From positions 96,001 through 160,000 of the forward strand of contig CAWCMR010000006.1 of the NCBI GenBank assembly GCA_963796685.1: a DNA stretch of 64,000 nt. The letters are read 5' to 3'. The translations under genes were made by a program, and so were the position numbers. The notes below the pieces were generated by a model, which had not been told where the DNA came from, did no database searches, and saw only the letters and a list, made by a program, of their open reading frames with translations. This DNA comes from an uncultured delta proteobacterium. Its GTDB lineage: Bacteria; Myxococcota_A; Polyangia; Fen-1088. Below are positions 49,328 to 59,604 of this stretch, one piece after another. How positions within the stretch are numbered: position 1 is the first letter of the stretch; every line of letters starts with the position of its first letter.

Positions 49328-49813
49328 CTATTCCATGCGCTGGAACACCCGTGGCGGAATGAACCACAGAAGCGTTCCCTTGCAGGCGCGCAAATCTTGG
49401 ACATCGATGAGAGCGGCGCCGCCCTTGCGATAGTCGAATGCGCGGCGACGCCGTCCGCCCAGGAAGCGCGCGGTGAGGGCCGAAATCCAGCTCTCGTGGC
49501 CCACGAGGGCGATGGTGTCGTGGTCGTCGTACTCGGCGAGCGCGCGACAGAGGTCCGGCCAGTCTCCCTCCGCGAGGGCAGGCACGATGATGGGGCGACC
49601 ATCGCCCCATGCCTGCGCGACGATGTCCGCTGTCTGCCGGGCTCGCAGATGGGGACTGGTGAGAATGGCGCGAGGCTTTCGCGCCACGCGCGCCAGCACG
49701 GCGGCGGTTCGACGGAAGCTCTCGACGCCCGGCGCGGTCAGGGGGCGATCCTCGTCGCGCAGGTCGCGATGGGCCGGGGCGGCGATGGCGTGGCGGATGA
49801 AGAGCAGGCGCAT
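49328..49813 (-). CDS. sixA: Phosphohistidine phosphatase SixA family
   Basis: 'LFIRHAIA', 'DRPLT', 'TSPHLRARQTA', 'LVGHE', 'KGG'. Confidence 0.85.
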   Translation of the reverse strand: MRLLFIRHAIAAPAHRDLRDEDRPLTAPGVESFRRTAAVLARVARKPRAILTSPHLRARQTADIVAQAWGDGRPIIVPALAEGDWPDLCRALAEYDDHDTIALVGHESWISALTARFLGGRRRRAFDYRKGGAALIDVQDLRACKGTLLWFIPPRVFQRME

Positions 49814-49818
49814 GGAGT

Positions 49819-50820
49819 TCACCCGAATTCCATGGCGGGCGCCTGTCCCAGGGCCGCCAGCCCTCGCGCCACGATGGCCATGGGCTCCGCGGCCAGAAAC
49901 TCCAGGTGCAGCCGGTGCATGGTGGCTCTGGCCCACGCGGCCTCATCGCTCGCGGCGGTGGCCAGTGCGTCCTTGCCCCGCCCGCGATCGTTCTTCGCTT
50001 GTCGGTCGAACCACTCGGCGAGCACGTGGTGATCGTGGATCACGCCGATGTGGTCCTGCAAGGTCTTCCACGGTTTGGTCGCGGCGGATTCGAAGCTGCG
50101 AATCTGGTCGAAGACCTCCACGGCATAGCGCAAACGCCGTGCGTGCCGGCGCAGACTGTGGAGTTTCTCGGGGTCGAGGTGCGCGCCGAGGTTGGTGAAA
50201 CCATCGTGGAGGAACTGGCATTCGTGTGCGCTTAGGGTGGCGAAACGCTCGCAGACCAGGGAAGGTGGCGGTCCACCGCGGGCGATGAGCGCGGCGAGAT
50301 CGCTGCGCAAGCGCGAGATTTCGAGGTCGAGCAAATGGTCGACCATGCGCGCGCGGCTGCGGCGGCGGGCGCTGGCCAGGCGATGGCGCAGGAGCTTCTG
50401 CTCCTCGCTTCGTGCGGGCAGGGACTTGAGGTGTTCGTCGAAGGACTCCAAGAGCACGTCCAAGTCGCGGCTGCCGCCCGCGGTCTGGGTCAGCTGGCGC
50501 AGCAGTCGGCGCGCGCGTTCCGAGCGGCGACCGTCGGGCTTCTCCGCCAGCAAGGGCAGGGCGACGCGCAGGCGCCGGCCGGAAACGCGCAGTTGATGGA
50601 TGGCCTCCTCGTCGCCGGTCAGGGCCGCGGGAAAGTGGTGAAACAGCGTGCTCGCCTTGCTCTTGAGCATGGTCGCGGCGAGGCGGTTGCGGCCGCTCGC
50701 CGGCAGAGTGGGTCCTCTGGTCGCGGCGGCTTGCGTACCCGTGACGAGCGCAGGCGGCGGCGTGAATGAGGGCTCGGCCACCGCAGCCGCAACCATCGTT
50801 TGCGTCAGAGCCTTGGACAT
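49819..50820 (-). CDS. CHAD domain (polyphosphate-binding) protein
   Basis: 'EAIHQLRVSGRRLR', 'RDLDV', 'LHSLRRHARRLRYAVE', 'LQDHIGVIHD'. Confidence 0.88.
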   Translation of the reverse strand: MSKALTQTMVAAAVAEPSFTPPPALVTGTQAAATRGPTLPASGRNRLAATMLKSKASTLFHHFPAALTGDEEAIHQLRVSGRRLRVALPLLAEKPDGRRSERARRLLRQLTQTAGGSRDLDVLLESFDEHLKSLPARSEEQKLLRHRLASARRRSRARMVDHLLDLEISRLRSDLAALIARGGPPPSLVCERFATLSAHECQFLHDGFTNLGAHLDPEKLHSLRRHARRLRYAVEVFDQIRSFESAATKPWKTLQDHIGVIHDHHVLAEWFDRQAKNDRGRGKDALATAASDEAAWARATMHRLHLEFLAAEPMAIVARGLAALGQAPAMEFG

Positions 50821-50870
50821 CCCGGATACACTATAGCGCGGCGGGTGGACGATGCCGGCCTTACCGGCAG

Positions 50871-53825
50871 CTACTGTGTTCCCGTGTCGCGTGGCAGTTT
50901 CGACGGCTCGGTCGTCGTTATCGGCCTTCGTGCCGCAGTCACCGGGTGGCCCGGTTTCTTCGGCGCGATGAGGTTGCCTTCGGCATCGCGCTCTTCGACC
51001 GAGGCGAGTCTGCCGAGCGAGGCCTCGTTGCTCGCACGATCGCCCACCACGACCACCAGCAGGCTCCCGGGACGGAAGTATTTTTGCGCCACTCCGCGCA
51101 CATCTTGCGCGTTCACGGCCGCGATCTTGTCCACGAACGTGCTCCACGCCGTGGTCGGCAGATCGTAGACAGCCAAGGTGCTCATCTGCGATGCGAGCTG
51201 GCTGGCGGTGGCAAAGCGCGCGGGGAAAGCACCCATGATTTCAGCTTTCGTATCGGCGAGCTCCTGGCCGGTCACGTCACCCGACCGCATGCGAGCGATC
51301 TCTCGCAGGATTTCTTGCACCGCGTCGGCGGTGTGTTCTGCCACGAACTCGCCGCTCACCATCCAGGGTCCCGCGTTACGCCGGGCATCGAACCGCGAGG
51401 TTACCCCATAGGTCCAACCCTTGGTTTCGCGCAGATCCAAGGCCAGTCGTTTGAACGTGCCGCCCAGAATCTGGTTGGCGACCAGCGCGCGGTAGTAGTC
51501 GGGATCCCTGCGTCCGAGGCCGGGCAGGCCAATGCGGATCGACGATTGCTCCGCACCAGCTTTGTCGACAAGGACGATGCGAAGCTTCCGCGGCGCCGCG
51601 ACCTTGGGCAGGTCGATGGCGGGGATCCTTCTCGGTTTCCAGGCCGCGAGAAGAGGCTCGATCCTGGCGCGCACCTGTTCCTCGGTGAGATCGCCTGCCA
51701 CGGCCAAAACAGCGTTGTTGGGCGCGTAGAACGTCTCGTAGAAGTGCTGTAGGTCGGCGCGCCGGAGGCCCCTGAGGGAAGACTCGGTCCCCGTGTCCGG
51801 CCAGGCAAAGGGATGCCCATCGCCCCAAAGGGCACGCGAAAACACCCGGTCCGCGACGACCGATGGATAGTCCTCGCTCGAAGCCAGAAACGCAATCCGG
51901 TCGTCCACGACGCGCTCGAGATCCTCCTCGGCAAAGGCGGGGTCGAGCAGCACGTCCGCCCACACGGAGAGGGCCGGGTCCAGGTTCTCCTCGAGGGTGC
52001 TCAGCGAGACCGTCGACGTGTCCCAGTCGGCATCGGTCTCGAGGGAGGCGCCGAGCCGTCCGATCTCGCTCGCAATCTGGGTTGCGCCACGCTTCTTGGT
52101 TCCCTCATCGAGCATGTCCGCCACCAGACTGGCCAGTCCCGCCTTGCCTTTCGTGTTCGCGCTGTTGCCCGTCTTCACGATCAAGCTCAAGTCGACGAGG
52201 GGAAGCTCGTGCGACTCCGCCAGGATGACCTCTAGACCGTTCTTCAGTCTGAATCGCTTCACGGCAGGCACCTTGAATGGGGGAGCCTCCCTTGCCTGCG
52301 GCGGCGTGGCGCGAAATGCGGCGTCCGGCGTTCGGCGCAGGACGGTCTGCGTCTGGTAGGCCCGCCGGGTGATGCCAACGCCACCCGACGCGGGTGTGCC
52401 CGTCTCCAGCGAGGTTGGCGACACCAACCGCCCCATGATGGGAGCGCTGGCATTCGGCTCGATATCGATCACGACCCGTTGGCGTTTGGTCAGGATCCTC
52501 TTCGCCCAGGTCTCGAGGACCTCCGGCGTCGCGTTCTCGTAACGCGCGAGATCCTGACTCAGGTAGGCCGGGTCATCGGCGAAGACATCGTAGTACAGAA
52601 GGCGCGACGCCAGACCCGGGAGCGATTCCATGCGCTCGAGAAGGTCGGTCTTAATCTGATTCTTGGCCTGCTCGACCTCTTCAGGGGTGGGCGGATGGGT
52701 GCGCAACCCCTCCAGCTCTTCGTCGATGACCTGCTCGATCTCGGTCAGGGAGTGTCCCTCCGTCGGGGTGTAGTCGATTGCGAAAGTCCCGCAGTACATG
52801 CGACTCAAATGGCTGACCGACACGGACTCGGCGATCTTGAGGTCGTGGACCAGGAGCCGGTAGAGACGGGAGCCCTCGCCGCCGCCGAGAATGTCGGCGA
52901 GCATGTCCAACTCGGCATCGCCGGGCATGAAGACGGGCACGGTGTCCCACGCCATCCGGCCGCGCGGAAGATCGACATTGGCTTCCATGATGAGACGCTT
53001 CTCGGCCTTTTGCGGTGGGATGATCGGCGGGGACATGGGCTGCAGGGGGGGCCCCGCGGTGATGGGCCCGAAATACTTGTCGATGAGGCGCTTGGTGAGA
53101 GCGGTGTCGATGTCGCCGGCCACCAGCAGGACTGCGTTTCCCGGCACATAGAAGCGATTGTAGAACTCCTTCAGATCCGCTTCGGAGGCGGCGTTCAGAT
53201 CCGCCATCGAGCCGACGACCTCATGGCGATAGGGGTGCCCTACCGGGAAGAGCGCCTCGAGCTCGACGCGTGCAACATCGCCAAAGGGGACATCGTCGAC
53301 GGTCTGGCGACGTTCGTTTTCCACCACGTCGCGCTGGTTGACGAGCGCCTCATGAATGGAGGAGCCATCGCGTGCGGCGCCATCTCGATCGAGCAGGAAT
53401 CCCATGCGCGAGCTTTCGAGCCACAAGCCGAGCTCGAGTTGCGAGGACGGCAGGGTTTCGAAGTAGCTCGTTCGATCCATGTTGGTCGAACCGTTGCGCG
53501 CCGAGGCTCCAGCCTCGGAGAGATACTTGAAATAGGCTCCCCTCGGGATCTGTTTGGTCCCCTCGAACATCATGTGCTCGAACAAGTGCGCGAATCCGGT
53601 TCGGCCGGCAACCTCGTCTTTCGAGCCGACCTTGTACCAGACCTCCACGTGGGCAAGGGGAGCGCGGTGGTCGACGTGCAGCAGAACTTCGAGTCCATTT
53701 TGCAGGCGGTACTGCTGGAACGAAATGTCGGGCACGGCAGCGACGGCCCACGAGGAATGGGAAAGGAGGCATCCCACTCCCCCCATCGCGCATAACACGG
53801 CATGTCTTAATCGACGGTAGCTCAT
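50871..53825 (-). CDS. Exported M16-family zinc peptidase (two fused halves)
   Basis: 'VGSKDE...TGFAHLFEHMMF' (HxxEH), 'NGST..DRT'; second half 'LRETKGWTYG'. Confidence 0.92.
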   Translation of the reverse strand: MSYRRLRHAVLCAMGGVGCLLSHSSWAVAAVPDISFQQYRLQNGLEVLLHVDHRAPLAHVEVWYKVGSKDEVAGRTGFAHLFEHMMFEGTKQIPRGAYFKYLSEAGASARNGSTNMDRTSYFETLPSSQLELGLWLESSRMGFLLDRDGAARDGSSIHEALVNQRDVVENERRQTVDDVPFGDVARVELEALFPVGHPYRHEVVGSMADLNAASEADLKEFYNRFYVPGNAVLLVAGDIDTALTKRLIDKYFGPITAGPPLQPMSPPIIPPQKAEKRLIMEANVDLPRGRMAWDTVPVFMPGDAELDMLADILGGGEGSRLYRLLVHDLKIAESVSVSHLSRMYCGTFAIDYTPTEGHSLTEIEQVIDEELEGLRTHPPTPEEVEQAKNQIKTDLLERMESLPGLASRLLYYDVFADDPAYLSQDLARYENATPEVLETWAKRILTKRQRVVIDIEPNASAPIMGRLVSPTSLETGTPASGGVGITRRAYQTQTVLRRTPDAAFRATPPQAREAPPFKVPAVKRFRLKNGLEVILAESHELPLVDLSLIVKTGNSANTKGKAGLASLVADMLDEGTKKRGATQIASEIGRLGASLETDADWDTSTVSLSTLEENLDPALSVWADVLLDPAFAEEDLERVVDDRIAFLASSEDYPSVVADRVFSRALWGDGHPFAWPDTGTESSLRGLRRADLQHFYETFYAPNNAVLAVAGDLTEEQVRARIEPLLAAWKPRRIPAIDLPKVAAPRKLRIVLVDKAGAEQSSIRIGLPGLGRRDPDYYRALVANQILGGTFKRLALDLRETKGWTYGVTSRFDARRNAGPWMVSGEFVAEHTADAVQEILREIARMRSGDVTGQELADTKAEIMGAFPARFATASQLASQMSTLAVYDLPTTAWSTFVDKIAAVNAQDVRGVAQKYFRPGSLLVVVVGDRASNEASLGRLASVEERDAEGNLIAPKKPGHPVTAARRPITTTEPSKLPRDTGTQ

Positions 53826-54045
53826 CGAGCCGAGGGGAGGCACGATTTGTGCCAGGCTATTGCACCGATGTCGTGCGTGATCCTGCGTGATCCAAGTGGT
53901 GCGCGCGGTCGGGTCGAGGCGTTCCGCCCCGCGTGGCAACTTGCCACGCTCCGTCGACAGTGGAGCCACATCCGCATGAAGAAGGAGACGCAGCATATGG
54001 CATGATAACCGCAAAGCAAACGGACGCGGGAAGGAGAGTGTTGAG

Positions 54046-54513
54046 ATGAAGCTCGACGATTTGAAGTTGATCCTGGTGCCAACGGACTTTTCCGAGGCCT
54101 CGGATGAGGCTGTGACCGCCGCCGTCACGCTGGCGCAAATGTTTCACGCTGGCATCGAGGTTCTGCACGTCGATCTGAATTCGGCATTCGTTCTGCCCCC
54201 ACCCGGCGATGTTCTCATGATGCCGATCGTGATCCAGAACGCCATGGCGCGTGCCGGGGAGAACCTGGAACGCACCGTGGCCGACATTCGCGCGAAGAAC
54301 ATCGTGTGCACGCGGGCTTCCGAGGTGGGGCGCACGGACACCGCAATCGTCGATCATGCCCAGCGCATTGGCGCCGGGCTGATCGTGATGGGCAGTCATG
54401 GACGGCACGGCTTGGGCCATCTTCTGCTTGGCAGCGTCGCGGAGAAGGTCGTGCAGCATGCACCCTGTGCCGTCCTGATAATCCCGGTTGCGGCCCCCGC
54501 ACATTTGTCCTGA
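54046..54513 (+). CDS. Universal stress protein
   Basis: 'ILVPTDFSEAS', 'IVMGSHGR..LLLGSVAEKVVQHAPCAVL'; AGGAG RBS. Confidence 0.93.
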   Translation: MKLDDLKLILVPTDFSEASDEAVTAAVTLAQMFHAGIEVLHVDLNSAFVLPPPGDVLMMPIVIQNAMARAGENLERTVADIRAKNIVCTRASEVGRTDTAIVDHAQRIGAGLIVMGSHGRHGLGHLLLGSVAEKVVQHAPCAVLIIPVAAPAHLS

Positions 54514-54591
54514 AGATGTGCCCGGAAATCGGTAATCAGGGCTCGGACACGGTGGGTGACGGCCCATGGCGGCGAGAAGGCCGGTCGGCCC

Positions 54592-55158
54592 TCAGCGCGA
54601 CTCTTTGGGATGAAGGCCGGCGCGACGGTTCTTGGCCCAACATTCCTCGTTGTGTTGCGTGCACAAGGGGCGATCCTTGCCGTAGGTCACGGTCTTGAGC
54701 TGCTCCGCCGACACGCCCAAGCGCTCGAGGTAGCTCTCGACCGCGCTCGCGCGCTTGTCGCCAAGGGCGAGGTTCCACTCCTCGGTGCCCCGTTCGTCCG
54801 CGTTGCCATCGATGGTCACGTGCAGCGCGTGAAGAACCTTCAAACAGCGTCCCATGCGCTGGAGCTTGGCCTCGTCCTCGTCGCGCAGGTTGGCCTCGTT
54901 GAATTCGAAGTGAACGCGCATGGTGCTGCACTCGGCAAGGTCGGGCGTGATGTCGACGCACGCCGATCGGATGCAGAGCTGGTTTTCCATGCAATCCCCG
55001 TCCGAAGAGCAGCTGTGCTGGGACGACTGGGTCGTTGCCACGGTCCGGGGTTGGGGAGCGGGCGGTGCCGTCACCGGGGGTTCCGCCTTCTTGGGCTCGT
55101 GTGCGCAGGCAAGCACGCCCGCAGCCAAAACCATACCTAGAATCAGTCCATTTCTCAT
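54592..55158 (-). CDS. Pal/OmpA-family lipoprotein with short Cys-rich insert
   Basis: Lipobox 'VLAC'; 'GNADERGTEEWNLALGDKRA', 'TYGKDRP', 'NRR'. Confidence 0.88.
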   Translation of the reverse strand: MRNGLILGMVLAAGVLACAHEPKKAEPPVTAPPAPQPRTVATTQSSQHSCSSDGDCMENQLCIRSACVDITPDLAECSTMRVHFEFNEANLRDEDEAKLQRMGRCLKVLHALHVTIDGNADERGTEEWNLALGDKRASAVESYLERLGVSAEQLKTVTYGKDRPLCTQHNEECWAKNRRAGLHPKESR

Positions 55159-55478
55159 CGTCGATCTCCTCTTTCTCGCTAGGGTGGAAAACCGTGCGCG
55201 GGCCCTACTCATGCGCCCACGCACACAACGCGCCACCTGGACACGCGTCAGGGTTCGTTCGTTGTATCGCTGATGCATAGATCTCCCTTTGACGCGTGCT
55301 TCGGTGTCTGCTTAGACGAGGCCGCAATGAAAAACATTCAATGTTGAGAGAAAGAATCCTCATTTGGAGCCGACCGCGTCGAAAGCGTCGAACCGGATCG
55401 AATTGATCCACTGCCGCGCTATGCTCTCCTTGCTATGCGAATAGCGAAATTCCGGAATTTTGCGGAAGAGAGCACGGA

Positions 55479-57221
55479 TTGGCCGACCATGCGGTGATCA
55501 AGGGCGTCGCGGTATCGTCCGGCATTGCGCGCGGCACGGCCTTCGTTCTCACGCGCGCCGATCGGGTCGTGCCTCGACGTCGCTTGGAAGAGACTGCGGT
55601 CGATGCAGAGATCGCCCGCCTGGACGCCGCCATCGACCGGGCGGAGCAGGAGATTGTCGCGCTCCGCAAGGATGTGGAGAAGAGGATCGGCGCAGACGAA
55701 GCCGACATCTTCGCGGCGCAGGCCATGGTGGTTCGGGATCACAGCTTGCGCAGCCAGGTGGTTTCCGTCATCTCTCAGGATCGCGTCAACGTCGAAGCCG
55801 CCGTGGCAGACGTGGTGGAGAACATCGGCAGGAGATTCGAACAGATCGCCGATCCCTATCTGCGCGAGCGGGCCGCCGATATTCGCGACGTCGGCCGGCG
55901 GGTGCTCTCGGCCCTGATGGACAGGGATGGGCCCGGCGTTCTCGACCTTCCGAAGAAGTCCATCCTCGTCGCGCACGAGCTTCTCCCCTCGACCACCGCG
56001 CGTTTCGATCTTGGACGCGTGCGTGCCTTCGTCAGCGACCGTGGCGGTAATTTTTCCCACACCGCGATCCTCGCGCGCTCCATGCGCTTACCTGCGGTCA
56101 GCGGCGTAACCGAGGCCTGGACCAAAATCAAGACGGGCGACAGCTTGATCGTGGACGGGGTGTCGGGAACGGTGTTCGTCAATCCCGACGATTCGGTGCG
56201 ACGCGAGTACGACCGCCTGGAGACCGAGCTGCGGGGATACCGGGCCGATCTGAAAAAGAGCGTCGATCTACCTTCGACCACGGTTGACGGCGTTCCCATC
56301 TCGTTGCTCGCCAATGTGAACAAGCTCTCCGACACCGAGGCCGCCCGGCTGTACAAGGCGGAGGGCATCGGTCTCTATCGCACCGAGTTCGCTTTTTCCA
56401 TTCGTTCCGCGTTTCCCACCGAGCAAGAGCAGGTCGACCTGTTTCTGCGTGCCGCCAAGCGTTTCCACCCGCACAAGGTCGTCTTTCGCCTGCTGGACCT
56501 GGGCGGAGACAAGACGCTCGACTACTTCCCGCTGCCGGCCTCGCGCAATCCCTCTTTGGGGCAACGCGGCCTCCGACTTTTGCTCAAGAACCTCGACGTG
56601 CTCAGACCGCAGTTGCGGGCGATCTTGCGTGTCAGCGCCGAGCACCCGGTGTCCATCCTGCTTCCCGTCGTGGGAGGTCTCGACGAGGTGCGCTCGGCAC
56701 GCGCTGTCCTCGAGCAAGTCAAGCAAGAGCTGGCGGCCGAGGGGCGCGCCTTCAATCCCGCGATACCCCTGGGCGCCATGATCGAGGTTCCTTCAGCCGC
56801 GATCTCCATTGCGACGCTGGTCGGCGATCTCGACTTCTTCAGTCTCGGCACGAACGATCTCGTCCAGTACGTGCTCGCCGCGGATCGGGAGGAGGGCGCC
56901 ATGGCCGACTACTACCGGCCGCTTCACCCTGCCATCCTGCGCCTCATCCACATGGTGGTCGACGCCACGCGCGCCGCCGCGCGGCCTCTCACCATTTGCG
57001 GTGAGATCGCGGGGAACCCCCAATACACCGAGTTGTTGGTCGGGCTGGGGCTGCGGGAGTTCAGCGTCGCCCCGGGCGAAATTCTCGAGGTGAAGAGCGC
57101 GATCCGCGCCGTGCGCGTGGCCGACGCCACGCCATTCGCCGCGCGAGCGCTCGGGCTCTCGTCCGTGACCGAGGTGGAGGCGTTGGTCGAGGGCCGGCGC
57201 GACGCTCGTAAGCAAGCCTGA
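55479..57221 (+). CDS. ptsI: Phosphoenolpyruvate-protein phosphotransferase (PTS enzyme I)
   Basis: 'YLRERAADIRDV', 'SHTAILAR', 'GIGLYRTEF', 'FSLGTNDLVQY', 'ICGE'. Confidence 0.92.
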   Translation: MADHAVIKGVAVSSGIARGTAFVLTRADRVVPRRRLEETAVDAEIARLDAAIDRAEQEIVALRKDVEKRIGADEADIFAAQAMVVRDHSLRSQVVSVISQDRVNVEAAVADVVENIGRRFEQIADPYLRERAADIRDVGRRVLSALMDRDGPGVLDLPKKSILVAHELLPSTTARFDLGRVRAFVSDRGGNFSHTAILARSMRLPAVSGVTEAWTKIKTGDSLIVDGVSGTVFVNPDDSVRREYDRLETELRGYRADLKKSVDLPSTTVDGVPISLLANVNKLSDTEAARLYKAEGIGLYRTEFAFSIRSAFPTEQEQVDLFLRAAKRFHPHKVVFRLLDLGGDKTLDYFPLPASRNPSLGQRGLRLLLKNLDVLRPQLRAILRVSAEHPVSILLPVVGGLDEVRSARAVLEQVKQELAAEGRAFNPAIPLGAMIEVPSAAISIATLVGDLDFFSLGTNDLVQYVLAADREEGAMADYYRPLHPAILRLIHMVVDATRAAARPLTICGEIAGNPQYTELLVGLGLREFSVAPGEILEVKSAIRAVRVADATPFAARALGLSSVTEVEALVEGRRDARKQA

Positions 57222-57393
57222 ATGACGGTCCGCGATCCGACCGCGGCCGGCCGTCTAGTCCATGTTCGGCATCACGGGACCAAACGGAAATTCCGCTGGC
57301 ATTGGAAGGAAAATGCAACCGACCCGGCGAGGCGCCTTTTCGGGGACAACTCAAGCTGGTTTGGCATAATCGGCAAAAGGACACCACGAGATC

Positions 57394-58041
57394 ATGCAAT
57401 CCCTGCTTCCGCATCTTGTCGAGTTCGCGATCATCTTCCCGGCGATCGTCTTGCACGAGATCGCTCACGGCTACGTCGCCTACCGGCTCGGCGACCCGAC
57501 CGCCAAGCGCGCCGGCCGCCTTACCTTGAACCCGTTCGCCCACATCGACCCGATCGGCACGGTGGTCCTGCCGATCGTCCTGCTGGTGATGTCGGGAGGG
57601 TCCTATTTCTTCGGCTGGGCCAAGCCGGTGCCGATCGACTCGCGAAATTTCCGGGACGAGCGCACCGGGATGCTGCTGACGGGAATCGCAGGTCCGGCGA
57701 TGAACGTCCTTTTGGCGCTGATCACCGGGCTCGTATCCAGGGCGTTTCCGGTACTGGCCTTCGCGCCGGGCCGATTCACGAGCGTCGGCTCGCTGCTGCT
57801 CTTCTTCTGCTACGGGAACCTCATCCTGGCGTTCTTCAACCTGATCCCGATCCCGCCGCTCGATGGCTCGCGCGTCGTTCAGTGGTTCCTGCCGTCTGCC
57901 GCACGCAATACGTACAGCTCCATCGAGCGCTACGGCTTCATCATCCTGATCGGTGCGACATGGGTGCTGCCCGGGCTTTTCGGCGCGTACCTGGCCGTGA
58001 CGGTCGGTCCGATCTTCAGCGTGCTGACCGGCGCGCAATAG
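57394..58041 (+). CDS. Site-2 protease (M50)
   Basis: 'LHEIAHG', 'AGPAMN', 'FNLIPIPPLDG'. Confidence 0.92.
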   Translation: MQSLLPHLVEFAIIFPAIVLHEIAHGYVAYRLGDPTAKRAGRLTLNPFAHIDPIGTVVLPIVLLVMSGGSYFFGWAKPVPIDSRNFRDERTGMLLTGIAGPAMNVLLALITGLVSRAFPVLAFAPGRFTSVGSLLLFFCYGNLILAFFNLIPIPPLDGSRVVQWFLPSAARNTYSSIERYGFIILIGATWVLPGLFGAYLAVTVGPIFSVLTGAQ

Positions 58042-58161
58042 CGACTGTGCCCGCTCTGGTGGCTCACTTCGGGCGACGGTCGACCCATGGGTCGGGTATT
58101 TCGAGCTACCATGAAGGATTTTCCTTTTCGCACGCCTCACGCGGTTGGAGTATGGAGGCAA

Positions 58162-59604
58162 ATGGGAACAAGAAGGGATGCTGAGAGGCAATTGGGCAAG
58201 AAGGATCCCAAGCGATCCGACGCGCTGGTGCTCTTCGGTGTGACAGGAGATCTGGCGCGCAAGATGATCTTGCCGGCGCTTTACGCATTGGCGAAGCGCG
58301 GGGTTCTCGACGTACCGGTGGTCGGTGTCGCGGCTCCGAAGTGGAGTGCGGAGGAGCTGCGCAAACACACGACGGACAGCGTCAAGATGGCCGCAAAGGG
58401 CGGAAAGATCGACGACCGAGACGCCTTGCACCGCCTGCTCTCCCTTCTCCGTTACGTGGGGGGCGACTACAACACCCCGGAAACGTTCCGCGCGCTCAAG
58501 CAGGCACTGGGCGATGCCAGGCGCCCGGTACACTACCTGGCCATCCCTCCATCGCTCTTCGACGTGGTCATCCAGGGGCTGGGCGCCGCGGGCTTGGCCA
58601 AGGATGCGCGGGTCATCGTCGAGAAGCCGTTCGGACGTGATTTGGCCTCGGCGCGGAAGCTCAACGCCATTGCGCAGGCGGTGTTCCCGGAAGATTCGAT
58701 TTTCCGCATCGACCATTACCTTGGCAAAGAGGCGATCATGAACATCCTCTATTTTCGCTTCGCCAACTCGTTCCTCGAGCCGATATGGAACCGCGACTGC
58801 GTGGCCAGCGTGCAGATCACGCTGAGCGAGGACTTCGGAGTCAAGGGGCGTGGTGCATTCTACGAGAGCGCTGGTTGCCTCCGCGACGTCATCCAGAACC
58901 ACCTTTTTCAGATCCTCTCGCTGCTGGCCATGGAGCCGCCAGCGTATCAGGGCTATGGTGCCGTGGGCGTCGAGAAGGCGAAGGTGTTCCAGTCCACGCG
59001 CCCCCTGCACCCGCGCGATGTGGTGCGCGGTCAGTACGCGGGATACCGGAAAGAACCCGGTGTGGCCAAAGACTCCGACGTGGAGACCTACTGCGCCCTG
59101 CGCCTGTTCATCGATTCGTGGCGCTGGCAGGGGGTGCCTTGGTACCTGCGTTCGGGAAAGTGCTTGGCGACCTCCGCGGCCGAGGTCTTGGTGGAATTGA
59201 AGACTCCTCCACAACGGCTGTTCGAGGATTCATGGCCCACAGCGGGACGCGCCAACTATGTGCGTTTTCGACTCTCCCCCAGCTCGGCCGTCGGCCTCGC
59301 TGCTCGCGTGAAGCGCGCGGGGGAGGAGTTCATCGGCGACCAGCGAGAGCTCTACCTGCTCGAAGAGCAAGTGGGAGAGGAAATGCCCTACGAGCGGCTG
59401 CTAGGGGATGCCATGGCCGGCAATGGCGCGCTCTTCACCAGTGAAGAGGCAGTGGAGGCGGCCTGGGCGGTGGTGGAGCCGATTCTCAAGACGCACCACC
59501 GAGCCTATCGCTACGAGCCGGGCAGCTGGGGGCCGAAAGAGGCCGATGCGTTGATTGCGGCCCATGGTGGCTGGCACAATCCTTTACCTGAGAGGAGGCG
59601 ATGA
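58162..59604 (+). CDS. zwf: Glucose-6-phosphate 1-dehydrogenase
   Basis: 'FGVTGDLA', 'EKPFG', 'RIDHYLGKE', 'RDVIQNHL'; GGAGG RBS before ATG 58162. Confidence 0.95.
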   Translation: MGTRRDAERQLGKKDPKRSDALVLFGVTGDLARKMILPALYALAKRGVLDVPVVGVAAPKWSAEELRKHTTDSVKMAAKGGKIDDRDALHRLLSLLRYVGGDYNTPETFRALKQALGDARRPVHYLAIPPSLFDVVIQGLGAAGLAKDARVIVEKPFGRDLASARKLNAIAQAVFPEDSIFRIDHYLGKEAIMNILYFRFANSFLEPIWNRDCVASVQITLSEDFGVKGRGAFYESAGCLRDVIQNHLFQILSLLAMEPPAYQGYGAVGVEKAKVFQSTRPLHPRDVVRGQYAGYRKEPGVAKDSDVETYCALRLFIDSWRWQGVPWYLRSGKCLATSAAEVLVELKTPPQRLFEDSWPTAGRANYVRFRLSPSSAVGLAARVKRAGEEFIGDQRELYLLEEQVGEEMPYERLLGDAMAGNGALFTSEEAVEAAWAVVEPILKTHHRAYRYEPGSWGPKEADALIAAHGGWHNPLPERRR

